Assembly: GCA_040754335.1 (NCBI GenBank)
Contig: JBFMCV010000003.1
Location: 47,356 to 111,355 of the forward strand
From: Thermodesulfobacteriota bacterium
Lineage (GTDB): Bacteria; Desulfobacterota_D; UBA1144; Nemesobacterales; UBA2774
Reading direction: 5' to 3'
DNA length: 64,000 nucleotides
Shown here: one piece after another, positions 29,322 through 40,539 of the stretch
How positions within the stretch are numbered: position 1 is the first letter of the stretch
How the letters are laid out: each line of letters opens with the position of its first letter
Notes under the pieces: model-generated
The model's database searches: none
Seen by the model: the letters and a program-made list of their open reading frames with translations, nothing else
What the model was told of the DNA's origin: nothing
Program-made: the position numbers and the translations under genes

Positions 29322-29903
29322 TTTCGGTCATCTCCTTTAATAAAGAGCGCGATTTAATGACTCTTTGTCAGATTCTCTCATATACGATAAAAATTTGCAA
29401 GGGATGCGCTTGCTTGAGGTTTGATGTCTTTCGACAGGCTTCCGGCATCGCGTTGCTACGCCGTGACAAGCAGGACGAAAGGGAATAAAACCCTGCCCCT
29501 CCCCTTCATGAAGCTGGAAGGAATTGGAAACGAATCGCGGCTGGAAGCCGCTCCTACCGGTGGTTGAGGGCGTAGCTCGATCCTTCAACTCCGCTCAGAA
29601 TAGGCTTAAACTCAGGGTGGATGTGTTTATGACAATGCACCCCCTCACCCTCTCCCACGCTGGGGAGAGGGAATCAATGAAATCGCAGCTGGCCTGTCCT
29701 GAATACTGAATCAAGTTCAGCACAAGCTTGTTTCAGGAAAGCCGCTCCTAAGGACATGATTCAAGATATACGATGAAGGATTCACGAAACAGGAGAAAAT
29801 GAGATTCCGAATAGATTCCGGTTTAGGGGCCAGAACGGGTTTTCTCCCCCCTTTATATGAGGAAGGAATTAATGGTTCAAAAAAATTCCATACGATATAT
29901 TAA

Positions 29904-29932
29904 GCCGCGCCAGGATATTATCCGGGCGCGGC
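29904..29932 (-). terminator. Putative intrinsic terminator hairpin downstream of the Tyr/Asp-rich gene pair
   Basis: GCCGCGCCCGG-ATAATAT-CCTGGCGCGGC on the minus strand (one mismatch), followed by an A/T-rich tract (TTAATATATCG...TTTTTTT). Confidence 0.4.
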
Positions 29933-29967
29933 TGTGAGATCAAGCGGCTTTACTTCCAAACGTAAAT

Positions 29968-30246
29968 TTAAAAGAGATCGAACTCGAACTCTATTAAATC
30001 ATCGTCGTAATCGTCATCATAGTAGTAGTATCTGACGTCATCGTCGGGATCGACATAATAGTAGTATTTGTCTTCATCATAATCGGCGCGATCAACAAAA
30101 TTAACGCTGGTATCCGGCTGCTCGTAAACATAACGGTGCTCCACTACGCGTCCGGACTGTATAATATAATAATCGTCAGCAAAACTATTAACAGCGGCGC
30201 CAAAAATTAACGAACCCAATAATGTCAATGTCACAATGAGTTTTTT
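29968..30246 (-). CDS. Small secreted Tyr/Asp-rich protein (paralog 1)
   Basis: Start at MKKLIV with AGGAGGTG upstream, then a signal peptide. C-terminal DKYYYYVDPDDDVRYYYYDDDYDDD. Confidence 0.6.
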   Translation of the reverse strand, partial: KKLIVTLTLLGSLIFGAAVNSFADDYYIIQSGRVVEHRYVYEQPDTSVNFVDRADYDEDKYYYYVDPDDDVRYYYYDDDYDDDLIEFEFDLF

Positions 30247-30320
30247 CATTTCATTCACCTCCTGGTAAAAATCGACAACAGCCTCATTCATTCGAGTTCA
30301 ATCAAACGGGCGTCGCCGGT

Positions 30321-30611
30321 TTAATCGTCATAATAGTAAAAGTATCTGACATCGCCATCAGGCTCGACGATGTAGCGGTATTCGATGTCGTCGTCAGGGG
30401 CAACGTAACGGTAGTATTTGACCTCATAATCATCGGGATCTATATAATAAACGTTCCGCTCCCGTTCTATATATACGGGCGGGTCATTTACGTAACGATG
30501 CTGCACGTATCCCGGCGGCACGATGTAATAATAGTCGTCGGCCAAGCTAATGGACGCAGCGCCTATAATAAAAACGCTTAACATCATTAAAGTTACTATG
30601 AATTTTCTCAT
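30321..30611 (-). CDS. Small secreted Tyr/Asp-rich protein (paralog 2)
   Basis: Start at MRKFIV with the identical upstream context GGAGGTGAATGAAATGA. Signal peptide; DDYYYIVPPGY...RYFYYYDD. Confidence 0.6.
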   Translation of the reverse strand: MRKFIVTLMMLSVFIIGAASISLADDYYYIVPPGYVQHRYVNDPPVYIERERNVYYIDPDDYEVKYYRYVAPDDDIEYRYIVEPDGDVRYFYYYDD

Positions 30612-30919
30612 TTCATTCACCTCCTGTGAAAATTCAACGATTTAATGTCAAACAACACATATAGGGGGGCAAAGACCATGCCATGCAGCTAAAAATATTC
30701 ACAATATGCAGTGATTCCGGGGAATTTGTAATCCTATCGGCTTTACATCAGGATTACGAATGCAGGTTCATTGTCCGATCTCATACACAATTTATTGTAG
30801 GCGAAGGTACTGAATGATTTATTTATTTCTCCAACAAAGAGATGAGAAAATTTGCCATTTCCCATCCGCCTTACACCCTATAATGGAAGGCGTAATAATC
30901 CTCACGAGACCGAAGCGCA

Positions 30920-32290
30920 CTACTTTAATAACTCCCCGACTTCGAGGAGTATGAATTCGTTGTCGTCGTTTTTCCCTAATGTACGCCCGGACGAGAAGCC
31001 GTAGTTGTTATCGTTCAATACCACTATGTGCGTCTCATCGTATACGTCGACGCCTTCGGCCGTTTCAAAAGGGAATGTGAACACGGGCCCCTGAGTTACG
31101 AGGCGCGAGACGCCGTTAGGGTCTTTTATGTCGAGCAAATCGACGTAGGCGACCTTCTCGACGAATCCGTATTCATCCACATCATCCATGTCGATCTTGT
31201 AGACCCGCTTGAATATTGCAGGGTCGTCGAAGCAGTCCCCCGCCGCGGCTTTAGCCTTGTCTCCGTTACACGCGAGCGCAGCATCGCCCTCTCCGGGGTC
31301 ACGCTCAATGACGAGCCCCGTCGACACGTTTATGAGATTGAAATCGGTTACGGAATGATTCTTGTCTTCGAGCGCGTATTTGAACGACCGCCCCGTAAAA
31401 GCGCCTTTCCCCATATCGAACTCATAGATGCGTACGAAATACTTCCCGCCCAGGTTCTCGAAGGATTTCGTCTCCTCGATCCACAAGGGCGCTTCCACTA
31501 TCGGGTAGAGATATTTCCCGTCGGGCGAAACCGCCATGCTCTCGAAGCCGCGCGACTTCTTCACGTCGAACGTCACCGGTCCCGGCACGGGAAGTGACTG
31601 GAACGTGTAGTGGTCGGGGGACCTGAGCACCCGGCCGTTGACGTCGAGCTCTCGGAAACCGGTCAACTTTCCGTCCATATCCGTGCGTATAACGTAAGGC
31701 CCGAACTCGTCTCCGATATATACGGAGCCGCCTGCGACCTGTATCGACTCGGGGTCGATGTCGGCCCCAGTCACATAACGCTTATCGGTCGCTTCGTTCG
31801 TAATGCGGAAAGGCAGGATACGGTCAGGGTCGTGGAGATATATCGTTTTTATAAGCTTTACCTCGCCCTTGTCCCAGTCGAACTCGACAATGTGGAACAT
31901 GAGGACCGCGTCGGGGGAGTTTTTGGCGGTGCCGAAACCGTTGTCGGTGATTATGACCGCAGTCCCGTCTTTCAACATCTTGATGCCGGAGAAACCCTGA
32001 AAGGGCTGCCCTTTGACAGGGAGAAGAACGTCTTTCACGCGGGGTTTATTCCGATCCCTCCCCGATATTGACCCGAGATCGTCCCTCCTTTTCGAATCTG
32101 GGTGAGTGTATTTCCCACTCGTTTGCAAATGTGCCGGAACGTCATCAGGCGTGGTCAGGATAGAATTTAAGGGAACGATCGCGTGGCCGGAAAGGACAGC
32201 TTCGACTTTTTCCTGTCCCGATGCGAAAGGAGCAAGATAGAGAGCGACGATAAATAGAATAAACGAGCAGGCGGATGACCGGTCTTTCAT
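30920..32290 (-). CDS. Secreted beta-propeller protein, phytase-like (esterase-like activity of phytase) family
   Basis: Signal peptide. Motifs FESMAVSPDGKYLY and a C-terminal NDNNYGF, recalled as characteristic of the phytase-like family. Unverified. Confidence 0.4.
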   Translation of the reverse strand: MKDRSSACSFILFIVALYLAPFASGQEKVEAVLSGHAIVPLNSILTTPDDVPAHLQTSGKYTHPDSKRRDDLGSISGRDRNKPRVKDVLLPVKGQPFQGFSGIKMLKDGTAVIITDNGFGTAKNSPDAVLMFHIVEFDWDKGEVKLIKTIYLHDPDRILPFRITNEATDKRYVTGADIDPESIQVAGGSVYIGDEFGPYVIRTDMDGKLTGFRELDVNGRVLRSPDHYTFQSLPVPGPVTFDVKKSRGFESMAVSPDGKYLYPIVEAPLWIEETKSFENLGGKYFVRIYEFDMGKGAFTGRSFKYALEDKNHSVTDFNLINVSTGLVIERDPGEGDAALACNGDKAKAAAGDCFDDPAIFKRVYKIDMDDVDEYGFVEKVAYVDLLDIKDPNGVSRLVTQGPVFTFPFETAEGVDVYDETHIVVLNDNNYGFSSGRTLGKNDDNEFILLEVGELLK

Positions 32291-32392
32291 TCCCGGTAAA
32301 AATACTTCAATTGGAGTTATTTTTCCAGAATTTCCTGAATCTCGGATTTCGCTTCTAGTAAATTATCAGAAGGCCTTGCAGCTTTGAGGGTC

Positions 32393-32992
32393 TCAAAGAA
32401 GTTTTTTCAAATCCTCGTCCGAAAGCTCGATCGGCTCGACGGCTTCATTGATGTTCTTTTTGAAATTGGAGAGGCTCTCCCCGAGGAGATAGCACGTCAG
32501 CAGCGACCGAATGTGCTTGTGCATTATCACGAGCACCTTCTCGCCCGGGTATTTAAGCGCGATCTCGCGTATCGTCCTCTTGATGCGCGCCTGAACCTGC
32601 TCAAGAGTCTCCGGCCCGCCTGGTATCGGTATGCTCGTATCCCCGCCTATGAACCACCGGCTGAACTCCCCGTCAGGGTCTCGCAACAAGTCTTCGTATT
32701 TCTGTCCGTTCCAGTCCCCGTGGTCGAGCTCTCGCAGGTCCTGGTTGACCTCGAGCGGTATCCCCAGATTGTCCGCATAGTACTTCGAGGTCTCAAGCGC
32801 GCGCTTGAGGGGGCTGGATACTATCCTGTCGAATCCGTACCTCTCCACGACCGGAAGCGTGTCCTTCGCCTCCTTCCAGCCGACCTCGCACAGAGGCAGG
32901 TCGGTCGTGCCTATGAGTCTCCCCTCGAGATTCCACGCGGTCTTGCAGTGGCGTCCGAGGTATATCTTCGCTGTTTTCACGTCTCCGCTCAT
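32393..32992 (-). CDS. Histidine phosphatase family protein (phosphoglycerate mutase-like)
   Basis: LGRHCKTAWN (RHG motif), LKRALET, HG later. About 200 aa. Confidence 0.7.
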   Translation of the reverse strand: MSGDVKTAKIYLGRHCKTAWNLEGRLIGTTDLPLCEVGWKEAKDTLPVVERYGFDRIVSSPLKRALETSKYYADNLGIPLEVNQDLRELDHGDWNGQKYEDLLRDPDGEFSRWFIGGDTSIPIPGGPETLEQVQARIKRTIREIALKYPGEKVLVIMHKHIRSLLTCYLLGESLSNFKKNINEAVEPIELSDEDLKKLL

Positions 32993-33092
32993 GATGAATT
33001 TACCGGGTTGCTTTTAAAACGCAGCCTATGGCAAAGGCTCCTTTAAGCAAGGCAACAATATACCAAAGAGAGAGAAATTGGCAATATCGGAA

Positions 33093-34856
33093 TTAATGGG
33101 CTGAGCCCGCAGCTTTATCCAGGTCGTGTTCTCTCGCATCCGCTCTCAGGTCGCTTTTCCTGAGATAGGGCAGGTACTTGCCCCCGAGCGATATGTGCCC
33201 CTGCCCCACGCCTTCGCTGAGCCTCTTAACGAGATAGTCCCTGTCGAGACCGAGTATATTGACGCCGTGGTCGGATTCCACGAGGCAGAGCATCTTGATG
33301 CCTTCCCCGTTCTGGTTAGCGACTTCGTAGATAGCGGAGTAATTAAGGAGAGCCGCTTCGACAGTGCCGCATGGGAGCGACGGGTTCCTCGCGCCCGCGA
33401 AGTATTCGCTCTCCGCGAACCACGTCGGATCAGGATAGCCGTGGAAGTGAAGGATCGGAAGCCCGTTCTTTATAAGCTCGGGCATATATAGCGCGGCCGC
33501 TATGGCCTGAGCGAGTATCACGTACGTGTCGAAAGACGGCCTTATGTCCCGCCTGTGGAGGTCGACTCCCCTCGGCGTCTCGAGGTTGAGCTTGCCCTTG
33601 ATGAGGCCTATCCTCACGACGTCGGTGTTGGGATCGAGGTCGGTCTTGTTGCTGCCCGAGCGGGAGGTCACTATCCATATATCGGGCACCTGCTGGTATA
33701 TCTCCTTCCCCCTTATTACAGTTTTAACGTACCATCTGCCTGCGCTGTTCTCCCTTACCTTGTCGTCGTTAATGCTTTCGACGTTTGTGAACGAGTCCCA
33801 CTCCTCTTTCGTTACCGTGACCGGGCCTTCGTATCTGGGCGCTTCTGCGATGGCGATAAAGCCGTAGGAAACGCCCGTCCTGCCTTCGAGTATCTTTTCG
33901 ACGACGTCCCTGTGCGAGAGCCTCGTGATCTTTTCGCTGAACTTCGAGCCCTGCGGGAAGAGCGACGTCGGCTCGACGAGCCTGCCCAGGTCAGCGAGCT
34001 GCTTCGCGAATACGGAATGCGAAGGGTCGTACTCCCCCTTTTTAAACCTGTTAAGCACGGGGGGCTTGATGGGGGCGTATATCTTCGGTATGAGCGAATT
34101 GAGGACGAACTCGTCGAGCTCCTCGTTCCTGTATATGGAATCCGAAAGGTTCATGTTGACGAGCGAGAACCTGTCGGGCGCTATGCCCATGACTATCTCC
34201 GACATAGTGGTTATCAGGTTCTTGAGCCCTAGCGCAATCTTCCTGTCGTACGTCGTGCTGCCGTCCGCGAACTCGGGCTCGAGCGGCATGAGAGTGATTA
34301 TCTGTGTATTGAACGGGTCCTGCACGTACCTCGCCGTAAAGTCGTCGGCCCAGCCGCTTATCTTGAGAATTTCCATTACCGATCGCTCGGGTTTCCTGGT
34401 GCGGATATAAATTTTCTCGGCGAGCGCGCTCAGCAGGTTACGGGTCAGCGAATACTCCCTCTTAACGTCAACCACGGCGTGGATACTGCTCTTGACCTTC
34501 CTCGTCCGCAATATCTTTGATACGATCCCCGGCGGAACTTCCGCGGCTTCGTCCCAGGGTATAAGCTGCACGCCGTTCTCTCTCAACTTCTGCTCGAGCT
34601 TCTCCCTGAAGCGTATGATGATCTGGTTCCCGAAATCCTTCGGCAGGGGTCTGAACGTCACCCTCACTCTCTTCGCCATCTCTGAGGGCATCCTGGGGTT
34701 GACGAGCTCCTTCTGAGGGGGCATTCCCGCAAGACTGATTATAGTGCTGAGCTCAAGGTCAGCTAATTTATGGATATCCATTTTTTCTCCTGCTTCCGAT
34801 ACTCCACTACCCGCGGCATCCCTTTCCATGCGCCTGTCCCCATCTACATCCATCAT
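33093..34856 (-). CDS. Hypothetical protein (587 aa), no recognised domain
   Basis: Long ORF with coding-like composition on the same strand as its neighbours. Start codon uncertain. Confidence 0.45.
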   Translation of the reverse strand: MMDVDGDRRMERDAAGSGVSEAGEKMDIHKLADLELSTIISLAGMPPQKELVNPRMPSEMAKRVRVTFRPLPKDFGNQIIIRFREKLEQKLRENGVQLIPWDEAAEVPPGIVSKILRTRKVKSSIHAVVDVKREYSLTRNLLSALAEKIYIRTRKPERSVMEILKISGWADDFTARYVQDPFNTQIITLMPLEPEFADGSTTYDRKIALGLKNLITTMSEIVMGIAPDRFSLVNMNLSDSIYRNEELDEFVLNSLIPKIYAPIKPPVLNRFKKGEYDPSHSVFAKQLADLGRLVEPTSLFPQGSKFSEKITRLSHRDVVEKILEGRTGVSYGFIAIAEAPRYEGPVTVTKEEWDSFTNVESINDDKVRENSAGRWYVKTVIRGKEIYQQVPDIWIVTSRSGSNKTDLDPNTDVVRIGLIKGKLNLETPRGVDLHRRDIRPSFDTYVILAQAIAAALYMPELIKNGLPILHFHGYPDPTWFAESEYFAGARNPSLPCGTVEAALLNYSAIYEVANQNGEGIKMLCLVESDHGVNILGLDRDYLVKRLSEGVGQGHISLGGKYLPYLRKSDLRADAREHDLDKAAGSAH

Positions 34857-35042
34857 AAAGTCGCAGATTCAAACCGAGTATTGTATCTTTCTTTTTTATT
34901 ATTTTAATGAACCCCGCCAGACAGCCCATCAATTATAGACTATCGTCCGTCGTTCCTCAATAAAGGGTACTGACAAGCTTAATTATAGACGAGAATACGC
35001 ATATGACAATCTTTCGAGGCCGTGAGAAAGCCGGAACAATTT

Positions 35043-35759
35043 TCACGCATGCTTCTCCTCGCTCTCGAGAACTTCCTCCATTTGCGATCTCACGATGCGC
35101 ATAAGCTCCTCCCTTCCCTCGCTTCCTGGAGGGAGATTCGCGACGTCTACGGGAGGGAGGATCCTTATCTTCATAGTGCCAGGCCTCAGCACCTTCGAGT
35201 CCTTGGGCATGATATCGAGACCGCCCGTGATAACCATCGGCACTACCGGGACTCCCGCGAGCATCGCGATGAAGAACCCCCCCTTCTGGAACGGGAGCAG
35301 CTTCCCCTCCTTGCCCCTCGTTCCTTCGGGGGCGATCAGGACAGAAGGCCCTTCTTTTATTCTGCCTGCGATCTTCTTGACTTCTCTCATATCCCTCACG
35401 GAGCCGTCCCTGGCCACGATATAATGACCGGCTATCTTGGAAACCCACCCGATGAAGGGCATATCACCCACTTCCTTTTTCATTACGGCTTTCCAGTCTA
35501 TGGGAAGGGCGGCCATGTAAGCGAATATATCGAATACGCTCTGGTGGTTGAACATTATTATGGAAGGCTCCTCCGGGATGTTCTCGAGACCCCGGACGTC
35601 GAGCTTCACTCCGGCGGTAAAGAGTATCATGCGCGCCCAGGGCCTTACGGCGTATTTGACCACGGCAGGGGGCGAGATCACGGCCAGAACGACACCGTAT
35701 AGCCCGAAGAACACAGTGTAAATTATAAAAGTAATCCAGCAGACAATTGTTCTTAACAT
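35043..35759 (-). CDS. plsC: 1-acyl-sn-glycerol-3-phosphate acyltransferase (PlsC/LPLAT family)
   Basis: N-terminal TM helix. NHQSVFD (HX4D) and PEGTR motifs. Confidence 0.8.
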   Translation of the reverse strand: MLRTIVCWITFIIYTVFFGLYGVVLAVISPPAVVKYAVRPWARMILFTAGVKLDVRGLENIPEEPSIIMFNHQSVFDIFAYMAALPIDWKAVMKKEVGDMPFIGWVSKIAGHYIVARDGSVRDMREVKKIAGRIKEGPSVLIAPEGTRGKEGKLLPFQKGGFFIAMLAGVPVVPMVITGGLDIMPKDSKVLRPGTMKIRILPPVDVANLPPGSEGREELMRIVRSQMEEVLESEEKHA

Positions 35760-35881
35760 AAATGCTCAAGCATTAATGCGGCACGAAGCGTCCCTCTCGA
35801 ATTATATTTATTCCCGTGCCGGTATCTGTCAAGGACCGGTGGCCGCATGAAGCCGGAATGAGATTTTTCAGAGAAGTCCGC

Positions 35882-36820
35882 TTACGGTCCCTGAGCCGAC
35901 ATTATCCTTAACGCCCCGGGAACGACTTCTATCCTGTGAGCGCCGGCTTCGAGATAAAAAGGCTCTCCGTCCATGTGGGCCGGCTGCGGGCGTTCGATCG
36001 CGATCTCCATAGCAGTCCCTGTCCTCAGCATAACCTCGGCCAGACTCGAGTGCGTCCCTTCCAAGACTTTAGGAATCTTGACGAGCCTCTCAAGCGAGCT
36101 CATATCCCTTATGATATGAAAGTCGAGGAGCCCGTCGTCCATCTTCGCGAGAGGCGCGAGCCTGAACTTCCCTCCCTGGTACATCCCGTTCGAGGCACCG
36201 GTCAGGAGAAGCTTGCCCGAGTACTTCCAGTCCCCTATCGCGATCTCCGTATGGAAGCCCTCGAATGAAAAAGCCTCCTGGACCGCCCCCAGCACATAGC
36301 CGAGCTGTCCGCGGAAGCGCTTTAACTTCTTGAACCGGTGAGAGACGGCCCCGTCGAGGCCTATGCCGAGGCCGTTGATGAAATATACGTCTCCGAGCTT
36401 GCCCAGATCGACCGTCCGCTCGCGTCCTGAAAACACCGTTTCTAGTGCGCGGGCGGTCTCGAGCGGGATGCCGGCTGACTTTGGGAAATCGTTGCCGCTG
36501 CCGGACGGTATCATGCCGAAAATCACCCGAGACCCGAGGATCCCGTTCACGACCTCGTGGGACGTCCCGTCCCCGCCAACGGCGACGATATGAGAAAAGC
36601 CCCCCGTGAGGGCGTCCCTCGCGAACGATTCCGCCTCCCCGGGACCTGAAGTGAGCCTGCATTCAAACGGCGTATTTCTTCTGTCTAGGAGAGGTTTTAT
36701 GGAATCGAACAGACCGGCTGTCCTGCCCTGTCCTGCAGCCGGGTTGATAATGAACAAGTATCGCGCGTCTTCCAAATTCAGGCCTTTCGAGTAAAATCTA
36801 AGAAGTATAAAACATAGCAC
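35882..36820 (-). CDS. Diacylglycerol-kinase catalytic-domain lipid kinase (YegS/BmrU-like)
   Basis: FIINPAAGQG...IVAVGGDGTSHEV motif of DAGK_cat. Confidence 0.8.
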   Translation of the reverse strand: MLCFILLRFYSKGLNLEDARYLFIINPAAGQGRTAGLFDSIKPLLDRRNTPFECRLTSGPGEAESFARDALTGGFSHIVAVGGDGTSHEVVNGILGSRVIFGMIPSGSGNDFPKSAGIPLETARALETVFSGRERTVDLGKLGDVYFINGLGIGLDGAVSHRFKKLKRFRGQLGYVLGAVQEAFSFEGFHTEIAIGDWKYSGKLLLTGASNGMYQGGKFRLAPLAKMDDGLLDFHIIRDMSSLERLVKIPKVLEGTHSSLAEVMLRTGTAMEIAIERPQPAHMDGEPFYLEAGAHRIEVVPGALRIMSAQGP

Positions 36821-36847
36821 TTTTCGATATCGTTTACAAAGCCGCCG

Positions 36848-36876
36848 TCATGTATACTTGAAATCGGCTACATTAT
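36848..36876 (+). promoter_or_regulatory. Candidate sigma-70-like promoter for the rpsB-tsf-pyrH-frr operon
   Basis: TTGAAA, 17-nt spacer, TAATAA, in an AT-rich tract about 60 nt upstream of the rpsB ATG. Confidence 0.3.
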
Positions 36877-36934
36877 ATGTTAATAAAATTCGTTTTATCC
36901 AAACAAAAATAGGTATAAATCAGGAGGCATTTTA

Positions 36935-37921
36935 ATGGCAGAGGAAATTCAGCCTACCGAACAGGTGAATGAGGTAATCAGCATGAAGCAGCTTCTCGAA
37001 GCGGGGGTCCATTTCGGCCATCAGATAAGCCACTGGAACCCGAAAATGAAGGAGTACATCTTCGGGAGCAGGAACGGCATACACATCATCGATCTCCAGC
37101 AGACAGTGGGTCTTTTCAGAAGGGCCTACAACTTCGTGAGAGACGTAGCCGCTGAAGGGGGGGAGGTTCTGTTCGTTGGGACGAAGAAGCAGGCCCAGGG
37201 CATAATCGCGGAGGAAACTTCGCGCTCGGGGATGCCTTACGTCAACACCAGATGGCTAGGGGGGACGCTTACGAACTTCAACACCATCAGGTCCCGCGTC
37301 GATTACCTGCTCGAATTGAAAAAGCTCGAAGAAGAAGGTCAGATGGAGATGCTCCCCAAGAAGGAAGCCAAGGGATTAAAGAGGGAGATCCAGAAACTGG
37401 AGCTGCTGCTGGGCGGCGTCGTGAATATGAAAAGAATCCCCCAGGCGCTCTACATAGTCGACACGAGGAAAGAGCACATCGCGGTGCATGAAGCGAGGAG
37501 GCTCGGCATACCGATCGTAGCGGTGGTGGACACGAATTCGGACCCGGCGGACGCCGATTTCGTAATCCCGAGCAACGACGACGCAATAAGGGCGATCAAG
37601 CTCTTCACGTCCAGGATCGCGGACGCCTGCGTCGAAGGAAGGCACGCGTACGAGCAGAAGCTCCAGGCGGGAGAAGTCGTGAGGAAGCCCGTGGAGGAGC
37701 AGGTCGTCGTCGAAAGAAAGGTATTCGTGTTCAAGGAATTCGGGGAAGAAGCGGAGAAAGCGGAAACAACTTCCGTTGCGGTATCCGAGAGCGCCCAGCC
37801 GGGCGAGCCTCAGCATACCGAATCGAGAGACAAGCAGCCCTCAAGACCCAAGGGGCCTTCCAAAAGCTCGGACGACGAGGAAGACACATACTCCTACAGT
37901 CATACCGAAAAATCCGAATAA
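36935..37921 (+). CDS. rpsB: 30S ribosomal protein S2 with a long acidic, low-complexity C-terminal tail
   Basis: [14 protein letters not shown]...; RBS CAGGAGG. 328 aa; the last ~70 aa are E/K/S/P-rich. Confidence 0.9.
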   Translation: MAEEIQPTEQVNEVISMKQLLEAGVHFGHQISHWNPKMKEYIFGSRNGIHIIDLQQTVGLFRRAYNFVRDVAAEGGEVLFVGTKKQAQGIIAEETSRSGMPYVNTRWLGGTLTNFNTIRSRVDYLLELKKLEEEGQMEMLPKKEAKGLKREIQKLELLLGGVVNMKRIPQALYIVDTRKEHIAVHEARRLGIPIVAVVDTNSDPADADFVIPSNDDAIRAIKLFTSRIADACVEGRHAYEQKLQAGEVVRKPVEEQVVVERKVFVFKEFGEEAEKAETTSVAVSESAQPGEPQHTESRDKQPSRPKGPSKSSDDEEDTYSYSHTEKSE

Positions 37922-37982
37922 ATCAGGGCTCTATCCCAGAGACAGCGTTCAGGGAAGAAATCAAGGAGGTATCTAACAGGAA

Positions 37983-39911
<1,929 letters not shown>

Positions 39912-40054
39912 AGATTCCGCAGAAGCCGTTTTACCTCCTCTCTCAGCTTTATGACCCCGTCCGGGGGTTTCCGACCCGGCCGCGATTGTAGGTTTCCGGG
40001 AATTACTCTATAATTAAAGCAAAGAAAAAAGGATACGGAGAAGCGGGGAAGGCA

Positions 40055-40300
40055 ATGAGAGATTCACTATCCAGTGTTTTTTCTTATCTGTTCATGGCGT
40101 CTGTTTTCGTTTCCGTTATCTCACTATTCGCAGTTTTGATCATCTTTATGCGGTCATTCATGAAAGATATAGGCGGCATGGAGAAACAGGCCGGATATGC
40201 GTTCTTATACGTCTTTATCATATGCGCTGTCGCCGCTCCGGTCTTTCATTACTTGTCGAACAGGCTGGAAAAGCATTCGAGGGGTATGGATGAAATTTGA
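40055..40300 (+). CDS. Small membrane protein, hypothetical (81 aa)
   Basis: Two hydrophobic helices. GGAGAAG upstream. Confidence 0.3.
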   Translation: MRDSLSSVFSYLFMASVFVSVISLFAVLIIFMRSFMKDIGGMEKQAGYAFLYVFIICAVAAPVFHYLSNRLEKHSRGMDEI

Positions 40301-40539
40301 GGACGACGAGGTCCGTCAAGGCAGGTGTGATTATCAGTAACAGGTATAATTAGCTGCCCCGGATTCAGCATGCGAGCGGCGATAACGGATAGCGCGCATC
40401 AGGGGCCGGTTTAAGGCATCAACCTCAAAAGTCTTGGATGATGGGTTCATGATAAATTGCGGGGGATACATACGAGCTGCCGTATCCGGATTCATTTCCG
40501 TCCGGGGGCGGGGGTCTGCACTGTCCGTGAGGTCATGCG

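Noticed and set aside
29648-29671. 9-bp GC hairpin CCCTCTCCC-ACGCTG-GGGAGAGGG considered as a terminator
   Set aside because: It is not followed by a U-rich tract on either strand and is not positioned at a gene end. It may be structural or regulatory, but no terminator call is supported.
36090-36662. 190-aa Arg-rich minus-strand ORF (and similar Arg/Pro-rich ORFs such as 37287..37586, 54129..54413, 63654..63953)
   Set aside because: These are alternative-frame artefacts inside strongly supported genes (YegS-like kinase, rpsB, atpD, acyl-CoA synthetase). The Arg/Pro bias comes from reading a GC-rich gene out of frame.
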